Shown here in pieces: positions 12,807-25,074 of a DNA stretch of 64,000 bases. Below the pieces are notes generated by a model. The model worked only from the letters and a program-made list of their open reading frames with translations, made no database searches and was not told the DNA's origin. The stretch comes from Mobula hypostoma (lineage: Eukaryota). The stretch's first letter is position 1; each line of letters begins with the position of its first letter. The DNA lies in the NCBI RefSeq assembly GCF_963921235.1, contig NC_086097.1:229216001-229280000 (forward strand). The letters run 5' to 3'. The position numbers and the translations under genes were made by a program.

Positions 12807-14204
12807 TATCACAAAATACAGGACAGACCAAGACTGAAAAAACAAAACCACATAATTATAACATATAGTTACAGCAGTGAAAAAATACGATAATTTGATG
12901 AACAGTCCATGGGCACAGTAAAAAGTTCAAGGTCTCTCAAATGTCCCACATTTCACGCAGAACGGGAGAAGGAACAAAAACTCTCCCTGCCATGCCCGAC
13001 CACAGTCCGACTGTGAGTCATCCGAAAACTTCGAGCCTCCGATCAGCTCTCCGACACAGAGTACCATCTCTATCCGAACAATTCGACCTCAATTTCGGTC
13101 GCCAACAGCAGGCAAAATCAGGGATTTTGAGGCCTTCCCTCAGAAGATTCTCGATCGCGCAGTAACAACAGCAGCGAACCTGCGTTTCAGAAATTTCTTC
13201 TGTGCTTTCACGTGTCTCCATCAAATCAGAATTGTCCACGGCCCCTATTTAACGGATATGATATCATTTTCACCGGAGGGCTGCACACGCATGGTACACT
13301 GCTATCTCTCCTCCCGCCATTTGATTGTTATTTTAGGTGACCAAGATGATTAGTAAGGGCAGTGTAGTAAATACAGTCAACAGAGACTTCAGCAATGCCT
13401 TTGACAAGGTCCTGCAAGGTAGACTGGTCCAGAAGGGTAGAAAACACGTGAATCCAGACGGAGATGGCCATTTTCCAGTTTGCTTGGCGGTTGGAGCTAC
13501 GAGTATAAGTGGAGGGCTGCTTTTCTGATTGTAGACCTGTAATCAGTGAGGTGCTGTTAGTACAGAATAGTACTTGTCCCTCCCATTGACTTGGAACAGA
13601 ATGGTGGCAGCATTATTAGTATGTTCGCAGACGACACCAAATTTGGTGGCACAATGGACATTGAAGTTTGACAAAGATTACAACTGGATTCAGATCAACT
13701 GGGAAAGTCAGAATATAATTTGACTCAAGACAATGTAAAGTGATGCATTTGTGGAAGGTAAACCAGGCCAAGGCATACACAGGAAATAACATGACCCTGA
13801 GAGTGTTACTGAACAACAAGAAATTACGGTACAAATTCTCTGAAAATGGCAACACTGGCAGACAGTGTGGTGCCTTTAACTTGGGCATTGAGTATAGGAG
13901 ATGGGACATCTTGTTAAAGTTTTAACAAGTCATTAATTAGGCTATGTTTCAAGTATTGCATTATGGTTGTCATTGCTATTGGAAGATGTGATTAAATGAG
14001 AAAGAGGGCAGCAAAAGATTCATAAGGATGTTACTAGACTGAGGGCTTGAGTTACAAGGAGTTTGGATAGGCTAAGGTAGTTTTCCCTCATGGGGTTATA
14101 ACATAGGGGGGCTTAAATAGGAAGAATAATCAGTCATTTTTCTTAACTATTTTGTCCTGTTTCTAAACAGGCAGTTACAATTAGAATTTGGACAGGTACA
14201 TGAG

Positions 14205-14665
14205 ACATCAGAATCAGGCCACTCAACCCATCGAGTCAGACCTGCCATTCATCATGGCTCATCCATTTCACTCAACTCCATTCCCCCGCCTCCTCAACCT
14301 TTCACACCGTGACTAATCAAGGACTTATCAACCTCCTCCTACATGCACTTGGTAATCTGGCCTCTACATCCACCTGCGGCAATAAATTCCAGATTCACCA
14401 TGCCCTGGCCGAAGGAATTCCTTGTCTCTGTTCTAAAAGAACATACGTGCATCTTGAAGCTGTGCCCTCTGGTGCTAGACTCCCAAAAAGAAACATCCAC
14501 TTCACATCCACTATATCTAAGCCTTTCAAAATTCAATAGGTTTCAATAAGATCCTCCCTCATTCTTCTAAACTCCAGCAAGTACAGGCCCAGAGCCTTCA
14601 GTTGCTGTTCAAATGTTAAACACTTTTATTCCCGGAATCATTCTCATGACCCTCCTATGGATTGG
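14205..14665 (-). mobile_element. CR1 3' fragment
   Basis: ESSTRGHSFK and FRTETRNSFGQGMVNL on minus strand. Confidence 0.8.
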
Positions 14666-15135
14666 AAAAGTCACCATATACTACCCTGAGATTAATTTTC
14701 TTGTGAGCATTCATAGTGAAAAGTAAGAAACAGTAGAATCAATGAAAAAATGCACATAACAGAGGCAGACAAACAAAAAAGGGATCTGGGCAAAATGCAC
14801 GCAAGTGAGATGAATATAAACAGACACTTTGTCATCATGGACAAGTTGGGCCAAATGGCTTGTTTCCATCCGGTGTAACTCTGAATCTAAATCTACAAAC
14901 CACCATATACTGAACTGGTCACTGAACACAACCCAATTACTCACTTTCAATGACTCCACAACTCATGTTCTCGGTGTTACCCATTTCTTCTTTTGCACAT
15001 TGGTTGCTTGTCAATCTCCGTGTAGGTTTTCACTGATTTTTTTGTATTTTTTTATTCTACTGTGAATGCCGGCAAGAAAATGAATCTCAAGATAGTATAT
15101 GGTGACATATATGTACTTTGATAATAATGTTAAAA
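14665..15135. mobile_element. Short Rex-Babar-type and CR1 3'-end fragments in both orientations
   Basis: gtcaccatatactaccctgagatt (14670) and its reverse form aatctcaagatagtatatggtgac (15083) match the 3' UTR seen at 60710. Confidence 0.5.
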
Positions 15136-15479
15136 TGAACGACAAAAAATGATGCACATGTCACCAAGCTGCTTTTAGAATAAATCAAAGTTTCAGGCTT
15201 TACTTAATAACAAGAGATACACACAGGACATCTTGTACCCAGGAAAGCAGCTTTCCTTGCTTCAAGAGAGTCAAAACAAATTAAAATCACTTTCGTTCCC
15301 CCCCCACCCCCACTAGCTTCTCAGCTTGTGCACAGAAAAGGGGACATGATTGAAGTCAGGCAGCCGAGCACAAGATGATTCCTCAAAAGCAGGAAAAAGA
15401 TTTGATAATATTGTTGATAGTGGACAGTCTGTGGCCCCCAAAATTCTAGTATGATGGTGGCACATTTGATTGCAGCGGC

Positions 15480-16160
15480 TTCTACAGGTCAACCAAAGGT
15501 GTTACTTTTCTTTTACAAATCGCAAGACCCTGCTGGACATTAAGAACTTAAGAGTACTGCAGGTTACCCCACCAGCGAGTTGCTCAATGGTGAAAAAACT
15601 GAAGTACCGGATCGTGCTGCCGCATGTATCGGTGTGTGAAGGCAGTGTGCAGTCTAACAAGGAATGACCATCTTAAGTCATTTTTCTTGTGATCGCAAGA
15701 CCCTGGTGGACACTGGTAATGTGGAATGCTGCACGTCCGATTTACTGATTTACTAGCAGGCGGCGGGTAAGCTATGTGGCCTTGGTTGTAGCAAGGACTA
15801 GGTCTCAAGCCACAATGTCGCCCATTTACAGCCACCAGGAGAGGCATCAGGGTCAATGTTCTTTACCAAAGGCCATATTGTGCAGCATCCAAGCTGAAAT
15901 CGGTGCTGCCCCGAGTGTTTGCTCAGCAGAAGACTAGCTATATTGTACTTGATTGCATATTTTTGCAACATTCATGGACTCAAGGTCTTGGACTATATTT
16001 TGTGTAACTGTATTTTACTGATATCTTTTTATGTGTTTCCCATCTTACACATGCCTTATATTGTGTATGACTGTCAGCACTGTGTTTTGCACCTTAGCCC
16101 AGAGAAATGCTGTTTCATTTGGCTGTATTTATGAATGGCTAAATGACAATTAAACCCAAA
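15480..16160 (+). mobile_element. Probable non-autonomous retroelement with internal direct repeat
   Basis: atcgcaagaccctg(c/g)tggaca at ~15519 and ~15692; T-rich LINE-like 3' end ending gacaattaaac. Confidence 0.4.
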
Positions 16161-17257
16161 CATAAAAAGACTGGAACCACAGAGTAAAAGGACTGCACTT
16201 ATGTGGAGTGAGAGAAAAAAAATCAAATATTTAGGTACTTGGACAAATAGCGTCGGCCAAGCTGTTCATGGCTTAAATCACTCTCTCAAGTCTTGCAGTC
16301 TTATCAGATAAGGAACTGAGGAGCAGGGCCAGGAGGAAAGCAGTGAGTGCTACAGCTATGAGGAAACAAAAAAGTGAACCAAAGCAAAATCGTTGGAGTT
16401 ACAAATGGTGTAAAGGCATAACTAAATCAAAGAGCGACTGAGGGATAAAAGAGATCACGGGATGCAAATAGAGGATTAATTAGCTACTCAACTCAATCAC
16501 GTTGTTCCCATGAAGCATAGCATGTGCTCATGTTTAATTCCTGTTATCTATCATTCTGCTCTGCAAAACAAAGGGAGGTGCAGTCGGTGAATATCACAGC
16601 TGCTACATTGAACGTTAAGCAACAAACTGGAAGATATGTTGTTGAATACAAACTCACTAATCTTGTCTCTACAAATGAGATACCACTTGCATTGCAGCTA
16701 AATGCAATACCAGAGGCATCAACCTCTGCTACTATTTCACAAAGCTGGAGGCCTTCTATTAACTAATCCCCACTATTCACCATACTATTTTCCCACCACC
16801 ACAATCCTCCCAGGACTCATTGAATTGAGGGTTGTTGTTGTAGTAACACACTGATTCTACACCTTTTTGAAATACTCCCCCAAATTTAATCACTCATTCC
16901 TTCAATCTCTTGTGCTCCCAATTTTTTTGTCATTATTTTACATCTACTTATGTCTCCCAGCTTGTTTATCTACTTCAGTGTATGCTTCTCAACACAGTGC
17001 AACATTTCCTCATATACACAATGCACAACACAAAGTACAACACCGACATTGAAACTCAATGTTATGCAATTACTACACTTCTCAATTAGTACATCCAAGT
17101 ACTTAAATCAAATCACATTGCAAAAGATAAATCACATTAAGCAAAGCTATTTTGAAGTCAGACAAAACTGGTTTCCAAATTCTTAAAATAATCTCCAAAG
17201 CACAGTAGCACCAACAGTGCAAATCAAAGTTTCACAATACATATTAAATGTATGACT

Positions 17258-17535
17258 TCAATTCCCTCTACTGTCTGTAAGGAGTTTATACGGTCCTCCT
17301 CCATGACCACCAAGGTTTGTTTCAGGTATTCCGGTTTCCTCAAACATTCCAAAGTAGTACAGGGTAATTAAGTTGTGGGCATGCTCTGTTAGAACTAGAA
17401 ATATGGCAGCACTAGTAGGCTGCCCCCAGCACATCCTCAGAGAGTGGTGATTATTGATGCAAACAACACATTTCACTGTATGTTGCAAAGTTTTGATGTA
17501 CATGTACAACTACAGCTAATTGTTAATCTTTAATT
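17258..17535 (+). mobile_element. V-SINE-like SINE, head-truncated
   Basis: ctgtaaggagttt...ccggtttcctc..acattccaaag V-domain-like body and LINE-derived tail. Confidence 0.65.
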
Positions 17536-18544
17536 TTTAAATTCAACACATCTTGATATCGGCCAAGTATTTGCGTACCTTTCAAGATATACTGTGCAAT
17601 CCTTCATTTAGAATTTCCTCCATTATAATCTTCTTTCCAATGAATCATAATCTAAAGCGAATTAGAACCTACCTCCTTCTTACAAATAAAAAGGTGAACA
17701 GATTTTAGGCAAAAAAATTAATATTTAAGACATAAGTAAATAGCATGTAAACACAGATTTTGAAGGACCAAGTATTTAATTTCAATCTATCTAGTTTGAT
17801 ATCTGTCCCCTCCTCACACACCCTTCTCTACATCTTTAAAAAAATAAATCTTTGAAATTTTCCTCCCATTTTGATGAAAATTCACAACTCCATCTTGCTT
17901 TTCACTCATTTTTGATTTTTTTTATTATGGAAAAGGCATAATTAGCATTTTACTGCCATGAAAGTGCAGTTTTTCTAATGAAGGTACTCCCGCAAAGGAA
18001 ATTTCAGTTTAGAGCAAGCCACAATGAAAGGAGCAATGATATAGTGCCAAGTCAGGATGGAATGCTACTTGAGGGGAAACCTAGAAGAGGTATTTCCTAC
18101 ATGCCTGCTGCCCTTGACCATCTTGGCTTACATGTTGCTAGGTTTTGAAGGTATTGTTAGATTTGACCAAGTAACTACAGCAATTTTATTTACACAATGC
18201 ATACCGGCTGCCACAGAGTTCACTTTAGCTATCCTGATAGCAAGCCACTCCACACACAGACACAGGATACACACTTCTTCATTATAGCTGGTGATTTCAA
18301 CTAGGGCAACATCAAGAGTGGATTACTAAAATACTACCAGCAGTCTCTTATCCCACCAGGGACCCCAAACACCTTTAACTATTGCTACACAACCAAGGTA
18401 CCAACTGTGCCCCTGACCCCACCCCTAACACTTTGGAAAGCAGGTGGTGCTCCTTCACCCTGCATACAAAAAGAAGCTGCAACCCAAGGATACAGCACAG
18501 AAAATCATATAGGGCTGTCCTGAGGAAATAGATGAGTTTTTAAT

Positions 18545-19760
18545 GCTACCGTGCAGAGTCAGTAGACTGGTCCATGTTCAAAGACTCAACCTAGATGATT
18601 ATGCCATCACTATCATGGACTTACCAACATACATCAGCAAGTATGTTGAGGACTATGCACCAAACAGGTCAATCTCCCCACTGAAGTCCATGTCCTTGGC
18701 ATTTAAATCAGGTGACTCTAAAATGACAGGGTATGCAACCAGCTCTCCCTAGCATGTTGCTGGCTAATGTGGTCACTGGAGAACCCAAAGGCAAGATTGC
18801 TGTATCAGAGGGATGTGTTCTGTTTCACTAACACTTGGCTCACCCCTGACTCTCCAGACACAACACTCCAGCCCGTAGAGTTCTCAATCCACCAGATGGA
18901 CTGAACTGCAGCACTGGGAAAGGGAAGAGGTGGTGGGATGTGCTTCATGATAAACTTATAGTGGTGCTCAGACAGTGGTCCTGTGTTAACTCTTGTAACA
19001 CCTGACCTAGAACATCTAATGATTAAGTGTCAACTGGTCTACTTAACAAGAGCACTCTCTGCCATGATCCAACAGCAGTTTACATACTGGTGAAGGCAGA
19101 TGTCAACAAATACTCAATGTATTGAATATCATGATTAACAAACAAGAAACAGCCTTCACCTGACAACTTTCACACACCTGCCAGGAACTTCAATCAGGCT
19201 AGCTTGAAAAAAATCTTTGCTCAACTATCATCAGCATATCCCCTGCAGCACCAGAGGACTTGACCATTGCTATAGTACCATCAAGAATGCCTACTGTCCC
19301 ATTCCTGACTGCATTTTGGGAAATCTGATCATCTGGCACACCTCCTCCTCCCTGTGTACAGGCAGAGCCTAAAAGGCAAGGCACCAGAAGCAAGGACAAC
19401 AAAGTGTGGTCACAGGAGGCAAAGGAGTTCCTACAGGATTGCTTTGAATTGGTGGACTGAGCCATGTTCAAGGACTCAGAGGACCTGAATGAACATGCCA
19501 GTTATCATGGACCTAAAAAGACATCTGTGGATGAGTGTGTCCCCATAAAATCATTCAGACGTGAGACCATCCTTTAGGAGGGTCAACCTGTGGAAAGCAT
19601 CTGGCGAGTACTGAAGACGTGCTAATTAACTAGCTGGAATGTTTACTGAAATCTTCAAACTCTCACTTTGGCAGGCTGAGGTACCAACCCACTTCAAGCA
19701 GACTTCAATCATACCAGTACCAAAAACATAGTAACCTGCCTCAATGGCTTTCATTCATCA
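18545..19760 (+). mobile_element. Decayed Rex-Babar-type LINE fragments
   Basis: Collinear similarity to 34915-37690 (e.g. gaggtggtgggatgtgcttcatgataaac; gtttactgaaatcttcaaactctcact). Confidence 0.65.
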
Positions 19761-19899
19761 GGCAAGGGTGCAACTAATGAAATTTAACTGAGATAAACTA
19801 TGAATTAGATGTGGTTTTTTTTAAATACAAGTGCAGTGAACATCAAGTTTGCAAACATCAAATTTCGTGATAGATAAATAGAAGGTTGTCCAGGGTAGA

Positions 19900-20400
19900 A
19901 TCAAGGAGCTAACCCAGATCAACTGGGAAAGTAGACAAGGGCGCAGCTTATGGAGTTTAACCCAGACAACCATGGGAGATTAGCCAGGCCAAAACATATG
20001 CAGCAAATGGCCAAGCTCAGGGAACACTGTTGAACAGGGAGACCATGGGCCTCTGAAACTGGCAACACAGGTCGACAGAATGGTGTAGAAGGCATACGGT
20101 TCGATTGCCTTCGTCAGCAAAGGCACTGAGTATATGAACTATGATTACTGGTTACCGTCATACCAAATCAGTTCGGCCACACAAACTACAGCATGCAGTT
20201 CAAGATGTCATGCTGTGAGAAGGACATGATCATTATAGGGTGCAAAAAAGATTTACAAAGATGTTGCCTAGACTAGGTTTGAGCTTTATTGAGATATTGT
20301 ACAGGTTTGGACTGTTCCCCAAGTGTGGAGAAAGCTGGGGGGGGGGTAACTTAGAGAAGTTCAGAAAATTGTGAAGGGCATAGGTTGAATAGATAGTCAC
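19900..20400 (+). mobile_element. Old CR1 RT 3' fragment
   Basis: atggagtttaacccagacaa, gtggcaacacaggt-like and gatttacaaagatgttgcct signatures. Confidence 0.6.
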
Positions 20401-22540
20401 AGCTCTCCTCCTCTTCTCTTTCCCCAACCCACAGAGTCCAATGATTCTTGAATGCCCCCACTATCTCTACTGCTTTCAGAACCCTAGGGTGTAGTTCATT
20501 TGGTCTGGGTGATTTATGCACCTTTAAGTCTTTCAGCTTTTTGAGCACCTTCTCCCTGTAATAGCAACTGCACTGACTCCTTGTTCCTTCCACCCTTCAA
20601 CCTCTGGTACACTGCTAGTATCTTCCACGGCGAAGAGTTCATCTGCCATCTTCTTGTCCCTCGTTATTATTTCTCCAACCTCTTTCTAGCAGCCCTATAT
20701 CCACTTTCATCTCTCTTTTATATATACACACACACGCACGCATATACACACACTTAAAAAAGCTTTTTCTATCCAGCTTGACATTATTTGCTAGCTTGCT
20801 TTCATGTTTCATTTTTCTCTCCTATTGATTCTTTTAGTTGCTTTCTGTAGGTTTTTAAAAGCTTCCCAATCCTCTATCATCCTGCTAATTTTTGCTTTGT
20901 TTTATCTCCTCTCTTTTGCATTAGCTTTGAATTCCCTTGTCAGATACAGTGGTACTATTTTGCCATTTGAGTATTTCTTAGCTTTTGGAATACATCTATC
21001 CTGCACCTTCCTCACTTTTCCCAAAAGCTCAAGCTCTGCTGTCATCCCTGCCAGTATCTCATTCCAATTTACTTTGGCCAACTTTCTCTCATACCACTGA
21101 AATTTCCTTCATTCCACTGAAATAGTGCTACCTCAGACTTTACTTTCTCCCTATCAAATTTCAAGTTGAACTCAATCATTTTGTGATCACTGTCTCCTAA
21201 AGGTTCCTAATCACCTCTAGTTCATTACATAACACCCAAATTAGTATAGCTGATCCTCTAGTCAGCTCAATGACAAACTGCTCTAAAAAAACCATCTCAT
21301 GGGCATTCAACAAATTCACAGTCCTCAGATCCATTACCAACTTGATTTTCCCCAATCTACCTGCATGTTAAAATCTCCCATAACTATCACAATATTGCCC
21401 TTTTGACACACATTTTCTATTTCCCCATTTGTATTCTTTAGTCCACATCCCAGCTACTGTTTGGAGGCCTGTATATAACTGCCATCAGGATCCTTTTACC
21501 CTTGAAGTTTCTTAACTCAGCCCACACAGATTCAACATTTTCTGATCCTATGTCACATCTTTCTAATGATTTGATGCCATTCTTTATCAGTAGAGCCACG
21601 CCACCCCCTCTGACTACCTTCCTATCCCTCCAATACAATGTGTAACGATGGACACTCAACTGCCAACTACAACCATCCTTCAGCCACGATTCAGTGATAG
21701 CCACAATATCATACTTCACAATCTGTAATAGTGCAGCAAGATCATCCACCTTATTTCTTATACTCTGTGCACTGAGATATAACACTTGGAGTACCGAGTT
21801 TGCTACCCTTTTTGATTCTGCATCCCTAATGCACTGATACTCACCTGCTGGCTATAATTTTGTCCTATCATCTGCCTGCCCTTCCTGACAGTATGACTGC
21901 ATACTATCTTTGCTTTTTTACCATCCATCCTATCCCAAGCCCCTTAACTCAGATTCTTATCCTGCCAAATTAGTTTGAACCCTCGCCAACAGCTCTAACA
22001 AACCTGCCCGCGAGAATATTGGTCCCCCTCGGATTCAGGTGCAACCTGTCCCATTTGTACAGGTCATACCTCCTCTAGAAAAGATCCCAATGATCCAAAA
22101 ACCTGAAGCCCTACCCACTGTACCAGATTCGCAACCATGCACTTATCTGCCAAATAATCCAGTTTCTACCCTCACTGGCATATGGTACAGGTAGCAATCC
22201 AGAAATTACTATCCTGGAGGTCCTGCTTCTCAGCTTTCTGCCAAGCTCTCCAAATTCTCTCTTCAGGACCTCTTTGCTTTTTCTTCCTATGTCACCAGTA
22301 CTAATATGTACCAAGATATCTAGCCGCACACCTCATCCTCCAAAATGCTGTGGACACGACCCAAGGCGCCCCTGACCCTGGCACCTAGGACGGAACATCC
22401 TAGGTGTCCTGTCCACATCACAGGATCTCCTGTCTGTTCTTCTGACTATTAAGTCCTATATTACGACTGCTCCCCTCTTCTCCCTCTTTCCCTTCTGCAT
22501 AATGGACCCATGCTCAGGTGCAATAACCTGGTCCCCAGTA
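20400..22540 (-). mobile_element. CR1 fragment (ORF1 esterase end plus endonuclease)
   Basis: VHISTGDIGRK...VISGLLP (SGNH esterase) and AITESWL...RGGGVALL...IYRPPN (APE endonuclease). Confidence 0.85.
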
Positions 22541-23699
22541 ATAAACAATAATAATGACTCATGTTTTAGCAAATTGAATATCTTCTCTCACTTGTATTAC
22601 ACTAGAAAAGAATATGGTATGTGTTAACTAATGCTAATATATTTTACTTTTCTGGGTCATCGTAAACCACTGTTTGACTGCAAGTTGTCTTTCTTTTCTA
22701 CTTACCTATTCCTGTAAATATCAGGTGATTAGAGAGCAGAGCATTTATAGTCACCAAATCATTGAAAGATGCAAATCAGAATAGTTTGGAATGACCAAAG
22801 TGATTCCAACCAGCACTGATCATACAATAATGGCAAGCTTACATAATCTGTCAATTAGTAGAAAGCTGTCAAATTTTCAAGAAAAAAATGCACATTAAGT
22901 AATCATAGTAGTACAAGATCAAGAGTGACATAGAAAAAGTTCCACCATAAAGTATTCCACAGCAGCCCAGCAGGGAGGCCAAAAATGATCTAGTGGGCCA
23001 GTTGTGGCCCATCAGTAATAAATTATGCAAAAATATACAAATATTAACTGGACAAAATTCCATCCACCAACATCAATCTCCAATAGGAACAAATAAGATC
23101 TACCTACAAAGATTGTCAGTCATCTGGATGAGGGCCAAAATCAACATTTTATGCCAACTATATACATTGCAGTTAAATATATTCTGTCCCTTTAAAAAAA
23201 CTGTTTACCAAAAACCTGATGGATGCAATGTGCACAAGAGCTCAATACAGATTAATTATTATACAGATTATTACTTATTAATTACATATTTTCTAAATAC
23301 TTCACATCAGTCAGGTGTCCTACATCAGTCATGTGCAAGTGACTCAGACCTAACCAATTACTTGACATGGATTACCTTATAAACAAAACCCTTGTTTTGC
23401 ACAAACGGGCATTTGTATTGTACTTCTTCTGCAAACAACCTTCAAATGTATAGAAATAGCATATAATCTACAAATAGGAGCCATTTATCAAATACTGAAT
23501 GTGCTTAAATGCAAGTTTAAGAACATTCTTTTCTCCTACTAAAACATAACTGTTGCAACTATTATCTTAAGCTGTACTAAAGAGTCATGATGACTGGCGA
23601 ATTTAACTCTTGCAAGTGTCTTTGCTAATGAAATAGTTTCCGTTGGCTCCAATGGGGGGCGGGGGGAATGGAAAATGATGGACCAGCTGTTAGCACAAA

Positions 23700-24450
23700 A
23701 GACAAACACCCCTCAGGGTACGGCTTCGGGCGGTGGTCAAAACATGGCAGCCTCGGTAGATTAATTTTATTCTTATGCAATCAAACTAATTCACCGAGTA
23801 AAATCGTGAAGCAGGTGAAGGTGACGTTAAAACTGAACAGCAGCTGCGTGCTCCGTGCCCACGACTGGAGCGTTCGCAAAGATGGACTAAGAGCAGCAGT
23901 GGCATTTGCCTCGGATTCGCCCCTCAAGAATAATTTTGAATCAGGCGGCGGCGCCGCCGCTCGACTCCACGATGAACGCGGCTCAGGTCCGCTTACCTTC
24001 ATTGGAAGAATCCATCCCTCCCTTGTTTCTTCACAAGCACGGGTAACGAAGGGAATGTGGGACTATTTCCAGCTAGACGCTCGATCTAGCGGGCCGACCC
24101 TGCAGCGCACTCGCCCCTCGTTGCCTCCTCCGCCCACCCGCTCCCTCCTGGGCTCGGTTCGGTTCAGCTCCCTTCAGCCCTACACCGCCACTCCGCCCCG
24201 CCCCCATCAACCGCTTTTGGCAACGACTGTCCGTTGCTTGTCCACGTCATCGGGCACGCTGAAGCACGTGCTGGCTCCGCCGCCGGGAGCGCGCCGGGCC
24301 CGAGGTGCGCACTGCGCAGACGCACACGGGGACTGCGCTCGGGGTGCCGTGTCTGTCCGTCTGTGTGTTTGTGTGTGTGCTCGCGTCTTGGTTCTTGGGC
24401 GTCGAGGCTTGACAGGCGGGGCGAAGCTGCGATCGCCATCAGCGGTAAAA
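23700..24450. promoter_or_regulatory. CpG-island promoter
   Basis: Only non-repeat CpG-dense stretch in the window; GC boxes 24191-24205, CCACGTCA 24242-24249, E-box CACGTG 24265-24270, NRF1-like TGCGCACTGCGCA 24306-24318. Confidence 0.85.
23997..24015 (-). CDS. Probable first coding exon portion (MDSSNE plus 1 nt) or uORF start of an unidentified host gene
   Basis: gggATGG (strong Kozak), in-frame TGA upstream at 24031-24033, near-consensus donor AAG|GTAAGC at 23996, inside the CpG island. Confidence 0.55.
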
Positions 24451-24899
24451 AAAATAATCCCGTTAAATTTTTATGTAATGAGTGATGCATGATAGATTAG
24501 GTCACGCATTTAAACCAAATGCTGTTACTGTCGAGTCCATTGATTGTCACTAATATGATTAGTAAATAAAATGCGTTTCTTCCAAAATTAAGATCATAAG
24601 ATAGATATAAAGGGAAAGATCATCCAACTCTTTTTAGCTACAGTAATTTTCTCAGAAAGATTGTGCACTTCCCACATAATAACATTCAAGTATTCAGACC
24701 ACTGCTTTGTTCATTTAGTGTTTTTCTAATTTGGGGATATGAACTTTTGACATCCAGCTGGAATTCAACTTCTTCTCCAACTTGGAACAAACCCTGACCT
24801 GCATCACAAAGAGAGAGGAAAAAATGGTCCTCCATGGTGACCTCAGTGCTGGGGTTGGAAAAGGTGGAATGGTGTTTTGGCCAAAATATTTTCGACGGA

Positions 24900-24995
24900 G
24901 CAACACACACACAATGCTGGAGGAGCACTGCAGGTCAGGCAGCATCTTTGGAAATGAATAATCAGTCAACATTTCAGGCTGAGACCCTTCACCTT
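24900..24995 (-). mobile_element. Penelope-like terminal-repeat fragment (decayed)
   Basis: caacacacac..aatgctggagga...caggcagcatct...acatttcaggctgagacccttca matches the other copies. Confidence 0.7.
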
Positions 24996-25074
24996 CATCA
25001 AATTAAATTCGGAAGCATATGCCCAATTCCCTAATCCACGCACTGCCTCCAGCTGGATTATGTCAGTGTCTGAA

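Larger units (their letters stand above)
8341..13318 (-). mobile_element. Small non-autonomous retroelement 'family X' copy 1, carrying nested CR1 and Tigger
   Basis: (AATCT)n tail on minus strand at 8341, 5' end GGCGGGAGGAGA at 13318; pieces 8341-8400, 11137-11163 and 12807-13318 match the copy at 27494-29017. Confidence 0.8.
7480..14200 (+). mobile_element. Old CR1 LINE (pieces ~7480-8340 and ~13320-14200) interrupted by a nested insertion stack
   Basis: Decayed CR1 ORF2 (tggaggatggctaatgttgtgcct, cagcatggct, DFSNAFDKV, gcagacgacacc) continues collinearly across 8341-13318. Confidence 0.75.

Noticed and set aside
22900..23103. Selenocysteine read-through of the TGA in the candidate exon
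   Set aside because: A second in-frame TGA follows soon after, there is no redox motif and no SECIS was identified.
23668..24492. 274-aa plus-strand ORF and overlapping ORFs across the CpG island
   Set aside because: No recognisable domain; low-complexity Arg/Pro/Ala and (GT)n-derived sequence expected from stop-poor GC-rich DNA.
24470..24570. Possible C/D-box snoRNA
   Set aside because: No proper RTGATGA box C, terminal CTGA or closing stem.
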